A DNA stretch of 64,000 nt from Candidatus Bathyarchaeota archaeon (GTDB lineage: Archaea > Thermoproteota > Bathyarchaeia > Bathyarchaeales > Bathycorpusculaceae), in the NCBI GenBank assembly GCA_963782525.1, contig CAWAKC010000007.1:320001-384000 (forward strand), written 5' to 3'. Shown one piece after another: positions 49,339-59,860 of this stretch (its first letter is position 1; every line of letters starts with the position of its first letter). The notes below the pieces were generated by a model. The model ran no database searches and was not told the DNA's origin. It saw nothing but the letters and a program-made list of their open reading frames with translations. The translations under genes and the position numbers were made by a program.

Positions 49339-49824
49339 TTATTGTCTGTCGTATTTTTCAAATTCATTATTCACTATGGCAAGATCGATTCCCGCTTGTT
49401 TGAACATCTCGATTGTATCGGCGTCAGCGTGATAGCGTTTCTCACAGACTACGCGTTTGATTCCAGCGTTTATTATCATCATTGCGCAGGTTCGGCATGG
49501 AGTCATCTTGCAAAAAAGTGTTGCTCCCTCAAGTGGAATTCCAAACCTAGCTGCTTGGATGATGGCGTTCTGCTCAGCATGCAGCGTGCGGACGCAATGC
49601 TGAGTGACTTCTCCGTTTGAGTTGAATACTTTACGCATGTCATGTCCCGCTTCGTCACAGTGGGGCAGCCCCGCTGGAGCACCGACGTAACCAGTGGTCA
49701 TGATTCGTTTATCCTTGACAATGACGCAGCCGCTTCTGCCTCGATCGCATGTTGCGCGTCTAGCCACGGCTTCACACATATCTAAGAAGTACCTGTCCCA
49801 ATTTGGTCTGGTGTTAGTGCTCAT
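49339..49824 (-). CDS. dCMP deaminase (ComEB family)
   Basis: RPNWDRYF, HAEQNAI and PCRTC motifs. Confidence 0.92.
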   Translation of the reverse strand: MSTNTRPNWDRYFLDMCEAVARRATCDRGRSGCVIVKDKRIMTTGYVGAPAGLPHCDEAGHDMRKVFNSNGEVTQHCVRTLHAEQNAIIQAARFGIPLEGATLFCKMTPCRTCAMMIINAGIKRVVCEKRYHADADTIEMFKQAGIDLAIVNNEFEKYDRQ

Positions 49825-49897
49825 TATTTTTATGCCTCGATAGTTTTAGAAACATAGTTCACACAACGAATTAATAAATTGTATCTGCATAGAACCA

Positions 49898-51211
49898 TTA
49901 TTTTTCGAGGATGTGGATTTCTCTGCCAATCATATGGCGTTCATCCATTTCCACTAAAGAGGCTGCATGAAGGAGATTGTCGAGTCCGCCTGCGTTCTGC
50001 GAGAACATTTCTTTTGAGAAAGCATAAACCCTCCTGAACCCAAGTTCATCAAGCTTTTCGTTGATCGGCATGGTTATAGATTGTCTTATACGTGTTTTAA
50101 TGTACGGCGTTACCATCACCAAGCGACCGCTTGGCTTTAGTGTCATGTATGCTTGTTCCAAAAAACCAATGTACAGCGGTTCAAGCTTCTGGATGATTTT
50201 TTCGGCATAAGGACCCGTGGGCACTTGCCGTAGGGCTGGACCCAAATCAGGTTCACAAACGATGCAATCCATTGTTTCCTGTCCAACCTTCTCCACTAGC
50301 TTGTTAACGTTTCCTTGCAGAACTCGAAAATCCGCACCCTCAAGCCCATACTCGCGTACTAACCACTCGAGATTCTCGGTTGCAGCTTTAACGCACCAGG
50401 GGTTAACATCCATGCCCACTACCATTGCCTTCTCCTGCAGAGCTTCTTGGAGAATTGTGCCGACTCCGCAGAATGGATCAAGCAGGACCTTTCCAATTTT
50501 ACATGCGGACAAATTAACCATCATCCTCGCCAACCTTGGTGGCATCCCAAAGATTTTGCGTTGGTTAGGTTTGTAAATGTCCCTTTTCTGAAATTCAAAC
50601 GGGTTATGCACAGCAACCGTGGTTGCAACCCACGTTTCAGATCTGCCAATGCAGAATAGTACTTCGGCTTTGCTAGCAACTAAGTTCTTCTTTAACACTT
50701 CAACATGGCTTAGCTGGGCAAGTTTTCTATCGCTACCGAACCCCATGAAATTCGCTTTCTTGCCCAAGAGAGCCAAAGTATCCTTAACAGTACTTCCGAC
50801 GAACCTTTGAATGGCACTTGACGACGAGCGAAGAGTGCTTTCAGTGCAGTATACACTAACTCCAAACAGCTCCTTCTCAGGCGATTTAGCCATCCCCTCG
50901 ACTAAACTGCCTGCCGCTAATGATTCAGTCATTTCTATTTTGGCTTGTTTGTTTTTTTTAAGGAACGCTTCCTTCACAGTTTCAGTTGAAAACTTGGTTT
51001 TTACTTCAGCTATTTTTATCGTGCCGCCCAGATCAGCCATGACAGCGGGGGCTGCAAAATCTTCCTTAAAGGACAGGACGAAGAATTCTCCAGAAAACAA
51101 TTGGATTTCAAAATCGATTTCTCTGGCTTTAAAGTAAGAGGTGAGCTCCGCTAAAGAGAGCATCCAGTTTTTTCCTGAAATAAACAGTTTTGCTGGCATT
51201 CTGAAAATCAA
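49898..51211 (-). CDS. Trm11-like RNA methyltransferase
   Basis: GMPPRLARMMVN, LDPFCGVGTIL and CEPDLG motifs. Confidence 0.8.
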   Translation of the reverse strand: MIFRMPAKLFISGKNWMLSLAELTSYFKAREIDFEIQLFSGEFFVLSFKEDFAAPAVMADLGGTIKIAEVKTKFSTETVKEAFLKKNKQAKIEMTESLAAGSLVEGMAKSPEKELFGVSVYCTESTLRSSSSAIQRFVGSTVKDTLALLGKKANFMGFGSDRKLAQLSHVEVLKKNLVASKAEVLFCIGRSETWVATTVAVHNPFEFQKRDIYKPNQRKIFGMPPRLARMMVNLSACKIGKVLLDPFCGVGTILQEALQEKAMVVGMDVNPWCVKAATENLEWLVREYGLEGADFRVLQGNVNKLVEKVGQETMDCIVCEPDLGPALRQVPTGPYAEKIIQKLEPLYIGFLEQAYMTLKPSGRLVMVTPYIKTRIRQSITMPINEKLDELGFRRVYAFSKEMFSQNAGGLDNLLHAASLVEMDERHMIGREIHILEK

Positions 51212-51365
51212 AAGTAAACTAACTATATAAGTAAGTTACCTTTAAACTCTCAAATATTGCTTGTTTAGTAAATATCTGGAAGTTAGAAAATGCACGGAAT
51301 TATCGTCGCAGATTTACAAATCGTTTAAATACCGCTGGAATGTGTAGGTTAAAAAGGGACGTTGT

Positions 51366-51923
51366 ATGCAAGCACGAAACTATAGGCACGTAAAGAATCG
51401 CGCCTACACACGAAAGAAATATGCAAGAGGTTTTCCACCACCAAAAATAGTAAAGTTTACTATGGGCGATACCAAGGGTAGCTTTGCACTCGAAGGCAGG
51501 CTTATCGCCTTACAACGCGCACAAATCCGCCACAGCGCGTTAGAAGCAGCACGTGTAGCTACAAACCGTATCCTAATGGATAAACTCATAAACGAATACC
51601 TCATGGTCGTTAACCTGTATCCTCACATTATTCTAAGAGAAAACAAAATGATTTTCGGCGCTCACGCTGACCGACTTCAACAGGGAATGAGACGTTCCTT
51701 CGGAACAGCAATTGGCACAGCAGCAAAAGTTGAGGTAGACCAAACCATCATTACAGTCAAAGTTAAAGCAGGCCAAGAAGCAGTTGCCAAAGAGTCACTT
51801 AAAAGAGGAAGCGCAAAACTTCCAATCCCCTGCAAAATAGTCATCTCCAAAATTCAAGTTTCTCCAACAATAATGGAAACAGCCGAATCCGAAGCGCTTG
51901 AAGCGGAGACGGAGACGACTTGA
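51366..51923 (+). CDS. rpl10e: 50S ribosomal protein uL16 (L10e)
   Basis: IRHSALEAARV and GAHADRLQQGMRRSFG motifs. Confidence 0.97.
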   Translation: MQARNYRHVKNRAYTRKKYARGFPPPKIVKFTMGDTKGSFALEGRLIALQRAQIRHSALEAARVATNRILMDKLINEYLMVVNLYPHIILRENKMIFGAHADRLQQGMRRSFGTAIGTAAKVEVDQTIITVKVKAGQEAVAKESLKRGSAKLPIPCKIVISKIQVSPTIMETAESEALEAETETT

Positions 51924-54349
51924 CCGTAAGAGAGAAAGAGCTCGTTTTATGGTTTGAAGATGTAAGAAATGTTGATGTTTCCATTGTTGGCGGCAAAAAT
52001 GCCAGCCTTGGAGAAATGATTAATTCGGGACTTCCTGTCCCTCCTGGTTTTGCAATAACTGCTTTTTCGTATGAACGTTATATTCAAGAGAAAAAAATTG
52101 CTGAGCAAATTTACAAAGTCATAAAGGAAACAGTCACAGACCCAAACGACCCCAAACAGTACGATGTTGCATCCAAAAAAATCCGTGAGCTCATCGAAAA
52201 AACACCTATGCCCAAAGACATAGAAGACGCTATTAGAACAGCCTATAAGGACTTAAATAAGCGGCTTGAACTCAAGGATACTTTTGTTGCAGTGCGGTCA
52301 AGCGCGACAGCCGAAGATTTACCTGACGCATCATTTGCGGGTCAACAGGAAACTTACCTTAACGTTAAAGGCGCAGATGACCTTATCGACAAGGTGAGAA
52401 AATGCTGGTCCAGCCTTTTCACTCCACGCGCAATATTTTACCGCAACGAAAAAGGATTCCCACACGAAAAAGTCTTCATAAGCGTCGGCGTCCAAAAAAT
52501 GGTTAACTCTGGATGCGCCGGAGTTATGTTCACCATAAACCCGGTAACTGGAAACCGCGATGAGATTGTCATCGAAGGCAACTACGGGTTAGGAGAAACG
52601 GTTGTTTCAGGTGCCGTTAACCCAGACGACTTTGTCGTTGACAAAGCTACAACTACAATTAAGGAACGACGAATTGCTCGCAAGACGGTAGAGTACATCC
52701 GTGACCCCAAGACAGGAAAAACAGTACACTTAGAAATTCCACCGGAAAAGCAGAAAATAACCTGCATAGAAGACCGCGAACTCTTAGCGCTCGCAGAACT
52801 TGCAAAACGAATCGAGAAGCACTACGGCAAACCCATGGATATTGAATGGGCAATCGACCAAGACCTGTCTTATCCACAGAACATGTTTATCGTTCAAGCT
52901 AGGCCAGAAACAGTTTTTGGTACAAAAGAAATGGAAGCACCTAAAATGGAAGACACAAGAGCTCAAGAACAACTAAAAGTTGTAGTGAGAGGAATCTCTG
53001 CTGGACGAAGGGGCTACGGCATAGGAAAAGCAACAGTCGTTTTAAATCCTGACGATGCAAACAGAGACATGAAAAAAGGCGACATTCTTGTTACAGGAAT
53101 GACGGATCCTGATTTTGTACCCTTTATGAAAATGGCCAGTGCGATCGTTACCGATAAAGGCGGAATCACATCTCACGCAGCTATCGTGAGCCGAGAACTC
53201 AACATTCCATGCGTCGTGGGCACCGAAACCGCAACCCAAGTAATGAAGACAAGTAAAGAATACACTGTAGATTCAAGGAACGGCGTTATCTACGAAGGCA
53301 TATTGGCGCAGGCAATTCAGCCAGCCACACCAAACAACGACTGCGGAATCATGCAGGTTGCCGAGGCAGCCCCCGTAACAGCTACAAAGATTTACATGAA
53401 CCTCGGAACGCCCGAGATGATTGAACAATACAAGAACTTACCCTTCGAAGGCATCGGGCTCATGCGCACTGAATTCATCTTAGCCAGCGCTATCGGCAAG
53501 CACCCCATGGCGTTTGTAGATGAAGGCAAAAGCCAAGAATTCGTCGATAAACTCGCAGACGGCATAGCCACTGTTGCCCGCGCAATCCAGCCTAAACCAG
53601 TCGTGGTACGTTTAAGCGACTTTAAAACTAACGAATACCGCGGCTTAAAAGGCGGCGAAAAATACGAAATCATAGAAGAAAACCCTATGTTGGGTTGGAG
53701 AGGGTGCAGCCGCTACATAAGCAAATGGTACGACAAAGCCTTCCGTCTGGAATGCCAAGCTATCAAGAAATGTCGCACCGAATGGGCGCTCAAAAACGTC
53801 TACGTCATGCTGCCCATGGTCCGAACTCTCTGGGAAGCAAAAGCGGTCCTTCAAATCATGAAGGAAGAAGGCTTAGAACGCAACAAAGACTTCAAGGTAT
53901 GGTTCATGGCTGAAACACCCTCCATCGGAATCATGGCAGACGAATTCAGCAAACTCGTCGACGGCTTCAGCATAGGCTCAAACGACATGACCCAAGGAGT
54001 TCTCATGATTGATCGCGACTCTGAACGGTTAGGACAAATGGGGTACTTCGACGAACGTGACCCAGCAGTCAAACGCATCATCGCCCACCTTATCAAAGCT
54101 GCACACGAAAACGGCTGCACAGTTAGCATTTGCGGCGAAGGGCCTTCAAATATGCCTGACTTCGCAGAGTTCCTCGTTCGAGTAGGCATCGACAGCATAT
54201 CTGTCAACAACGACGCCGTTGTCGCAACACGCAAACACGTTGCAAGCGTAGAACAAAAAATAATCCTTGAACGCCTCGCAGAACAAGCAGCATTAGCACG
54301 TGGACAACCGCTCAAGAAGCCAAAGCAAGACTGGGAATGGCAACTCTAA
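51920..54349 (+). CDS. ppsA: Phosphoenolpyruvate synthase
   Basis: VGGKNASLGEM, RSSATAEDLP, TSHAAIVSRE and FSIGSNDMTQ motifs. Confidence 0.96.
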   Translation: MTVREKELVLWFEDVRNVDVSIVGGKNASLGEMINSGLPVPPGFAITAFSYERYIQEKKIAEQIYKVIKETVTDPNDPKQYDVASKKIRELIEKTPMPKDIEDAIRTAYKDLNKRLELKDTFVAVRSSATAEDLPDASFAGQQETYLNVKGADDLIDKVRKCWSSLFTPRAIFYRNEKGFPHEKVFISVGVQKMVNSGCAGVMFTINPVTGNRDEIVIEGNYGLGETVVSGAVNPDDFVVDKATTTIKERRIARKTVEYIRDPKTGKTVHLEIPPEKQKITCIEDRELLALAELAKRIEKHYGKPMDIEWAIDQDLSYPQNMFIVQARPETVFGTKEMEAPKMEDTRAQEQLKVVVRGISAGRRGYGIGKATVVLNPDDANRDMKKGDILVTGMTDPDFVPFMKMASAIVTDKGGITSHAAIVSRELNIPCVVGTETATQVMKTSKEYTVDSRNGVIYEGILAQAIQPATPNNDCGIMQVAEAAPVTATKIYMNLGTPEMIEQYKNLPFEGIGLMRTEFILASAIGKHPMAFVDEGKSQEFVDKLADGIATVARAIQPKPVVVRLSDFKTNEYRGLKGGEKYEIIEENPMLGWRGCSRYISKWYDKAFRLECQAIKKCRTEWALKNVYVMLPMVRTLWEAKAVLQIMKEEGLERNKDFKVWFMAETPSIGIMADEFSKLVDGFSIGSNDMTQGVLMIDRDSERLGQMGYFDERDPAVKRIIAHLIKAAHENGCTVSICGEGPSNMPDFAEFLVRVGIDSISVNNDAVVATRKHVASVEQKIILERLAEQAALARGQPLKKPKQDWEWQL

Positions 54350-54426
54350 GCCGAACTCACCCCATCCGTGCAATCTTCAGTTTTTTATTTCCTTTCTTCT
54401 CCTAATCTTAAAAGTGAGGGCAGCGT

Positions 54427-55428
54427 ATGATAGGGTTTGATTTTGAAGAAGAACGTATAAAACAAGAGATCACCAAACTCGATGCCAAACGTGTTCTACT
54501 TCAGATGCCTGAGGGATTAAAGCCTGAAGCTCCAAAATTAGCCAAAATCGTTGAGAAAAGTGGTGCAGTCGCGATAATTTCTGCTGACCCCTGCTACGGC
54601 GCCTGCGACATAGCCGTCTCTGAAGCGGAGGGTTTCGGCGTGGATTTGATTGTGCATTTTGGCCACTCAAAGATGGTTAAGGACGAGGCAGTACCAACGA
54701 TTTACGTGGAAGCCCGAGCAACCGTAACGGTCGATGAGGCAGTGGAAAAATCCCTGCCACTCTTGAAAGATTACACCACTGTTGGTTTAGCAACTTCGGT
54801 GCAGCACCTGCAAGCGTTAAACCAAGCCAGAGAAATCCTGACCCGCGCAGGAAAAACCGTCATAGTCGGGGACACAGGGCAAATCGCCTATCCGGGGCAA
54901 GTGAGCGGCTGCAACTACAGCAATGCCAAATCCATAGCAGACGAAGTTGAAGCATTCCTCTTTGTAGGCGGCGGCATGTTTCACGCGTTGGGCATCGCAC
55001 TGAATACTTCGAAGCCAACTATCATAGCTGACCCTTACGATAACCGAGCTTACCCCATCAACGCAGAAGCACAAACGATACTAAAACAACGCTTCGCAAG
55101 CATCCAAGAAGCCAAAAACGCAAAAAAGTTTGGGATTTTTGTGGGGTTAAAGCCTGGGCAGAAACATTTGGAAAACGCGTTGCATGTGAAGGCGGTGGCT
55201 GAGAAAAATGGCAAAGCAGCTTATTTGTTGGCGGCTAGAGAAATCACTCCAGAAACCCTCTTAGAATTCCCATCAATCGATGCCTACGTGAACACGGCTT
55301 GCCCAAGGGTTTCTCTTGAAGTCACGGGGAAGTTCCAAAAGCCTGTTTTGACGGTTAACGAGTTTATGGTGGTTTGCGGCGAATCTTCATGGGAGAACAT
55401 GCTCAAAAAAGGCTTATTCGAAAACTAG
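54427..55428 (+). CDS. dph2: Diphthamide biosynthesis enzyme Dph2
   Basis: LQMPEGLK, PCYGACD, GQVSGC and TACPRV motifs. Confidence 0.95.
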   Translation: MIGFDFEEERIKQEITKLDAKRVLLQMPEGLKPEAPKLAKIVEKSGAVAIISADPCYGACDIAVSEAEGFGVDLIVHFGHSKMVKDEAVPTIYVEARATVTVDEAVEKSLPLLKDYTTVGLATSVQHLQALNQAREILTRAGKTVIVGDTGQIAYPGQVSGCNYSNAKSIADEVEAFLFVGGGMFHALGIALNTSKPTIIADPYDNRAYPINAEAQTILKQRFASIQEAKNAKKFGIFVGLKPGQKHLENALHVKAVAEKNGKAAYLLAAREITPETLLEFPSIDAYVNTACPRVSLEVTGKFQKPVLTVNEFMVVCGESSWENMLKKGLFEN

Positions 55429-56102
55429 ATTTAGAGCGGTTCCTCTCCACTATTGCTCCCCAATCTAACCCTAAAGCTCATCTTGAACAGTACACGTCCT
55501 CTGAGCAGCTTGCTGCAAACATGCTCTATATCGCTGCCTACGCAAACGACGATATCTTTGGTAGGTCAATTCTGGATTTGGGCTGTGGCACAGGCAGACT
55601 TGCTTTAGGTGCATTGTGTCTTGGCGCCAAGGAAGTAGTCGGTATAGACATTGATAGATCAGCAATCAACACGGCTTCTGCCAACTCTAAGAAAACCGAT
55701 TTAGCAAACGGCGTGCAGTGGGTTCTTGGCGACATAAGCGCTGTCGTCGGAAGGTTTGATACGATTTTGCAGAATCCGCCGTTTGGTGTGCAGACGCGTG
55801 GGGCTGATCGTGCGTTCTTGGTTAAGGCTCTTGAAGTTGGCAACTCAATCTATTCGTTGCATAATCACCCGGAAGTTGATGCCCGATTGATAAAGCAGCT
55901 TAAAGCTAGCCAAGGGTTCTTGCAGGTTCAGGCTTCGCCTTTTCTTGAAAGGTTCATTTGCCAATATGGCGGCTCTATACAGGGGGTGTATGGTATGCTT
56001 ATGACGATTCCTCGGATGTTTGATTTTCACACTAAACTAAAATATGATTTCGTCATCGACTTGTATGTTATAAAAAAGCAAAGTTCTAATCAGGTTCTTT
56101 GA
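55389..56102 (+). CDS. METTL5-like RNA methyltransferase
   Basis: HLEQY, DLGCGTG and QNPPFG motifs. Start uncertain. Confidence 0.88.
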   Translation: MGEHAQKRLIRKLDLERFLSTIAPQSNPKAHLEQYTSSEQLAANMLYIAAYANDDIFGRSILDLGCGTGRLALGALCLGAKEVVGIDIDRSAINTASANSKKTDLANGVQWVLGDISAVVGRFDTILQNPPFGVQTRGADRAFLVKALEVGNSIYSLHNHPEVDARLIKQLKASQGFLQVQASPFLERFICQYGGSIQGVYGMLMTIPRMFDFHTKLKYDFVIDLYVIKKQSSNQVL

Positions 56103-56214
56103 TTGCCAAGGAAAACTGTTTTTTGTTTATTAATCAAAAGGTTTATTGCGTGGATTGGAAACTAAGCATATGCATTTATCAAAATAAGTTTATTTACAGG
56201 TTAAGGGAACCATC

Positions 56215-56796
56215 ATGAGTTTAAAATCTCCAGAACAAAAAAGCGGTCATTTAGTATTGCCTGGCGAACGCTTAGGCGTTATTGAAGAATTTATTCCCGA
56301 TGCGGGAACATACGTTAAAGACGGTGTTATTTTCTCAAAGGTTGTTGGTCGCTCACTGATGGACCTGCAAACCAGACGCGTGTCTGTTTACCCTGTAGTT
56401 GATGGTGTGGTTGTTCCTAAAGTTGGGACTGTCGTTATCGGCCAAATCGGCAACGCCCAATCAGACAACGTTCTAGTCAAAATATTCAGGATTGGAAACA
56501 AGAAACTCTCAGGAAATTTCGGTGGCATCCTCCACGTTTCCGACGTCTCTGACAGGTACGTTGACCAAATAAGCGATGTTTGCAAGCCAGGCGACATCAT
56601 CAGAGCTAAAGTCATCAGCGATAAGAATCAAGTTTTCCACTTATCAATGAACGATAAAGGATTGGGTGTTCTGTACGGTTTCTGCTCCAGATGTGGTACC
56701 TTGCTTGAGCAGCATGGCTATGACCTTAAATGCCCCAAAGATGGTAACGTAGAAACACGGAAAATATCTCCAGATTACAGCAAAGAACAAATCTAA
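56215..56796 (+). CDS. csl4: Exosome RNA-binding cap protein Csl4
   Basis: VLPGERLG, S1 domain GDIIRAKV and a C-terminal zinc ribbon. Confidence 0.93.
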   Translation: MSLKSPEQKSGHLVLPGERLGVIEEFIPDAGTYVKDGVIFSKVVGRSLMDLQTRRVSVYPVVDGVVVPKVGTVVIGQIGNAQSDNVLVKIFRIGNKKLSGNFGGILHVSDVSDRYVDQISDVCKPGDIIRAKVISDKNQVFHLSMNDKGLGVLYGFCSRCGTLLEQHGYDLKCPKDGNVETRKISPDYSKEQI

Positions 56797-56808
56797 AAGG
56801 CGAAATAG

Positions 56809-57090
56809 ATGAAAGTTAAAGTACTCAAAAAATCAGAAAACGAACTAAAAATCGAAATCGAAGGCTCAAGCCACGGGCTCTGTAACCTGTTAGCCAAGAG
56901 ACTTTTAGAAGACAAAAAAGTAGAGTTTGCGGGCTACGATATCCCTCATCCTTTAGCTTCAAGCCCCATCATCTACCTCCGCATGAAAGGCGCAAACAAG
57001 CCAGAAGATGCGTTGATTGAGGCTACCGAGAAGGTTCGGGAAGCAAACGATGCTTTTGGCAAAGAGCTTACACGCGTTCTCAAAGCATGA
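56809..57090 (+). CDS. rpo11: RNA polymerase subunit Rpo11 (L)
   Basis: EFAGYDIPHPL motif. Confidence 0.94.
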   Translation: MKVKVLKKSENELKIEIEGSSHGLCNLLAKRLLEDKKVEFAGYDIPHPLASSPIIYLRMKGANKPEDALIEATEKVREANDAFGKELTRVLKA

Positions 57091-57183
57091 TCCAAACTTT
57101 TTTAATTTTTTTTTTCGAGATGGTTCTTTCAACCTTTAGAGTGCCTTTAAATTGAATCCCAGTGTATTAATTTAGGGAAGAAT

Positions 57184-57789
57184 TTGAGTAAGACAAAGAG
57201 TTTCCGTGTCATAAAGCCAGAAATCAGAGTGCTCGGAATAGATGACGGAAAATTTGTTCCACACACCAAAGGTTCAGCTATGATTGTGGGTGTTGTTTTT
57301 CGGGGAGGATACTCAATTGATGGCATAATGCATACCGAAATCTCAATTGACGGTTTAGATGCAACTGAAAAGTTGGTTTCAATGATTAACAGTTCTCCTC
57401 ACCGTAGGCAGTTGCGGTTGGTGATGCTGAATGGGGTAACGTATGCAGGTTTTAACGTTGTTGATTTAAAAAAACTGAATTTGCTAACGGGCCTTCCAGT
57501 TATTGCCTTAACGCATGATAAGCCAAATTTGGACGCCATTAGTTCAGCGCTCAAGAACTTGCCTGAATGCGAGGAGCGGCGAAGCTTGGTGCTTGAAGCA
57601 GGGCCAATTTATGAGGTAACCAACCACGGCACCACAGTTTACATGGTGTTAGCAGGAATATCACTTGGTGATGCTGAGAAAATAATAAAGTTAACGTCAA
57701 CTCGGAGTTGTATGCCTGAACCTCTCCGTGTTGCACATCTAATCGCGTCGGGCATTACCTCAGATTTTGGGGAAATGGAAAAAGTTTAA
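57184..57789 (+). CDS. DUF99 (endonuclease V-like) protein
   Basis: LGIDDG, DGLDAT, AGFNVVD and PEPLRVAHLIA motifs. Confidence 0.9.
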   Translation: MSKTKSFRVIKPEIRVLGIDDGKFVPHTKGSAMIVGVVFRGGYSIDGIMHTEISIDGLDATEKLVSMINSSPHRRQLRLVMLNGVTYAGFNVVDLKKLNLLTGLPVIALTHDKPNLDAISSALKNLPECEERRSLVLEAGPIYEVTNHGTTVYMVLAGISLGDAEKIIKLTSTRSCMPEPLRVAHLIASGITSDFGEMEKV

Positions 57790-57836
57790 AAGGTACAAAG
57801 CTAAGGGAATCCCAAAACGGATAAGGATTGAGGTAT

Positions 57837-58190
57837 ATGGAATTCTGCCCTAAATGCGGTTCGCGTCTTGAGCCAAAGAAATCAAAGAGCGGTAAAGATG
57901 CAACTTTGGTTCTTGCCTGCCCAAAATGTGGCTACAAAAAGCCTGAAGCAGACAAAAAAATCGAGCGAGTGGCACCCAAAGTTATCCAGCATTCTCCTCA
58001 ACAATTTGTAGCTGTCATCGGCAAAGAGGAGCAGAAGCTGAGCACGTTGCCCACTGTGCGGATCGAGTGTCCAAGGTGTGGAAACAACACGGCTTATGTT
58101 TGGCAAGTACAGACACGCGGAGCAGACGAATCATCCACCCAGTTCTTACGCTGCACTAAATGCAACTACACCTACAGAGAATACAGCTAA
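57837..58190 (+). CDS. tfs: Transcription factor S
   Basis: MEFCPKCG and QTRGADE acidic hairpin, two zinc ribbons. Confidence 0.95.
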   Translation: MEFCPKCGSRLEPKKSKSGKDATLVLACPKCGYKKPEADKKIERVAPKVIQHSPQQFVAVIGKEEQKLSTLPTVRIECPRCGNNTAYVWQVQTRGADESSTQFLRCTKCNYTYREYS

Positions 58191-58293
58191 CAAGCCGAAT
58201 TCTTAACTTCGCGCTAAGTCTCTTTCTAAGGAAGACAAGTGCTTGAAATTTACCAGAGTATTGAAAAGCGCGAGCCTCCCATAGTTTTGATGT

Positions 58294-58565
58294 GAGGGTT
58301 GGATTTGAACCCATGATATTTGTTTTTTCTCAAAATAGTTTCTGCTAAGAGCTATCGTTTCTTTGTTTTTTGTGGGGATGGGTTGCGCTGGAAATTCCCC
58401 ATCCCACGTTGGGTTGAGGGGGCGGTTGGTTTTTTGATTTAGGCTGTTTTTCTGGTTGCCTTGGGATGGGGAAAGCGGTTTTTTTTGCCCACGTTCTATG
58501 TTGCGCCATGTTGATGTGGATGGGATGAGGAAGGGGAAGCATATTGGCGACTCAATTTCTATGCC
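58294..58565 (-). repeat. Dispersed C/A-rich element ending in a tRNA T-arm-like motif, copy 2
   Basis: Reverse complement aligns with 10486-10716. Confidence 0.6.
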
Positions 58566-58702
58566 AAGCAGGAACTACTGATCTTCATAATGGGTATTGG
58601 GCTCAGGATAGTGATCGTAATTGGTGGTGGAGCATAATGCCTGTTTATGTAACTCTAGCAATAGCTTCAAGTGTAGTAGTTATCAGAAAAGGAAAGCGAT
58701 AA
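58562..58702 (+). pseudogene. Possible 3' remnant of a C-terminally anchored surface protein
   Basis: Frame reads ..DRNWWWSIMPVYVTLAIASSVVVIRKGKR* (TM plus basic tail) with no long upstream ORF. Confidence 0.35.
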
Positions 58703-58801
58703 AATCATTCTTCTCTTTTCTTTTCCTTTCTTAATTGCGATGGATTACATACCCTTTTTTAACATTAAAACTACCATATCATATTCGTTTACAGGTATGG
58801 A

Positions 58802-59860
58802 TTGCTGATGCAGGATCTTCTCGCAAAAATTAAGGAATACTTAATCAAGCTTTTGCCGCTCATCGCGTTTGCCACACCCCTGGCCTTACTGTACCTTCTA
58901 AACCCTGTCGATTCGGCGCTGAAGATTTCGCCGCAGAATTCTTTCCAAACAATGTGGAAAGGTAGAACTTTTGAGTTGTTCTTCATCTGGCTTGTTTCGC
59001 TTGAATATATTCTAAGTTGGGAAACCATCCAATCAAAAATAACTATGCAAAAAAAGGCAAGAACGTTGTTGTTTGCTGTGGTTTTGTTGCTTCCTAGCTT
59101 GTTTGTGTTCTTAGAGTATTCTGGGTTGAATATGGCTGTGGCTTCTTGGGCTACGCAGGATGGGTTGGTTTTTGCGGGCACATTGCCGATCGCAATCGAA
59201 TACTTGGTATTTTCGCTTCTGTTTTGTTTAGCGGTGTTTGTGCCTTTTGGCAAAAAGGGGTTGACTGGTTTTGCTTTGCCAGTCTTGTTTGTTGGCCTAA
59301 TCGGCGTTATCTACGCTATCGACACCATTTTTCCCCACGGACAATTTACGCCATTTCAGTTGCTTGTTCCCACGACTGCCTCGTTTGCAGGGGACATTTT
59401 GAGTTTGATGGGAAACACCGTTGTTGTGGGCACGGACCTTGGGACTACGATGCCGACTCTGCAGGTTACTGGTGCTTTGGGAACCGCAAAGTTTGCGGTA
59501 GCTTGGCCCTGCGCAGGCATAGAGAGCCTGCTTATTTTCACGGCTGTGGCTCTGCTGTTCTTGAAGCGCATGCCCATTTCTATGAGAGCCAAAGTTGGGT
59601 ACTTAGCGTTTGGAGCAGCCATCACTTACCTCATCAACATCTTTAGAATAGTCTCTATCTTCATGATTGGGATGCAGTTTGGTGTGGACTCATCTCAAGT
59701 GGAAGCATTCCACGCTTACTACGGTCCATTATACGCGGTGGCATGGATAATTTCGTATCCGCTGCTTATTCTCATAAGCCAAATGGCTTGGCAAAAATAC
59801 AGGAGCCATAAACCTTCGGAAGTTAAGACGTTTCAACCAAAACCGCTAAGCCTTGCTTAA
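58802..59860 (+). CDS. Exosortase/archaeosortase family protein (thaumarchaeosortase-like)
   Basis: Multi-TM protein with catalytic WPCAGIES, NIFRI and FHAYYG motifs. Confidence 0.88.
   Translation: MLMQDLLAKIKEYLIKLLPLIAFATPLALLYLLNPVDSALKISPQNSFQTMWKGRTFELFFIWLVSLEYILSWETIQSKITMQKKARTLLFAVVLLLPSLFVFLEYSGLNMAVASWATQDGLVFAGTLPIAIEYLVFSLLFCLAVFVPFGKKGLTGFALPVLFVGLIGVIYAIDTIFPHGQFTPFQLLVPTTASFAGDILSLMGNTVVVGTDLGTTMPTLQVTGALGTAKFAVAWPCAGIESLLIFTAVALLFLKRMPISMRAKVGYLAFGAAITYLINIFRIVSIFMIGMQFGVDSSQVEAFHAYYGPLYAVAWIISYPLLILISQMAWQKYRSHKPSEVKTFQPKPLSLA

Noticed and set aside
51292-51306. ARNYR-encoding stretch upstream of rpl10e echoing its N-terminus
   Set aside because: Five-codon match with divergent nucleotides, most likely chance.
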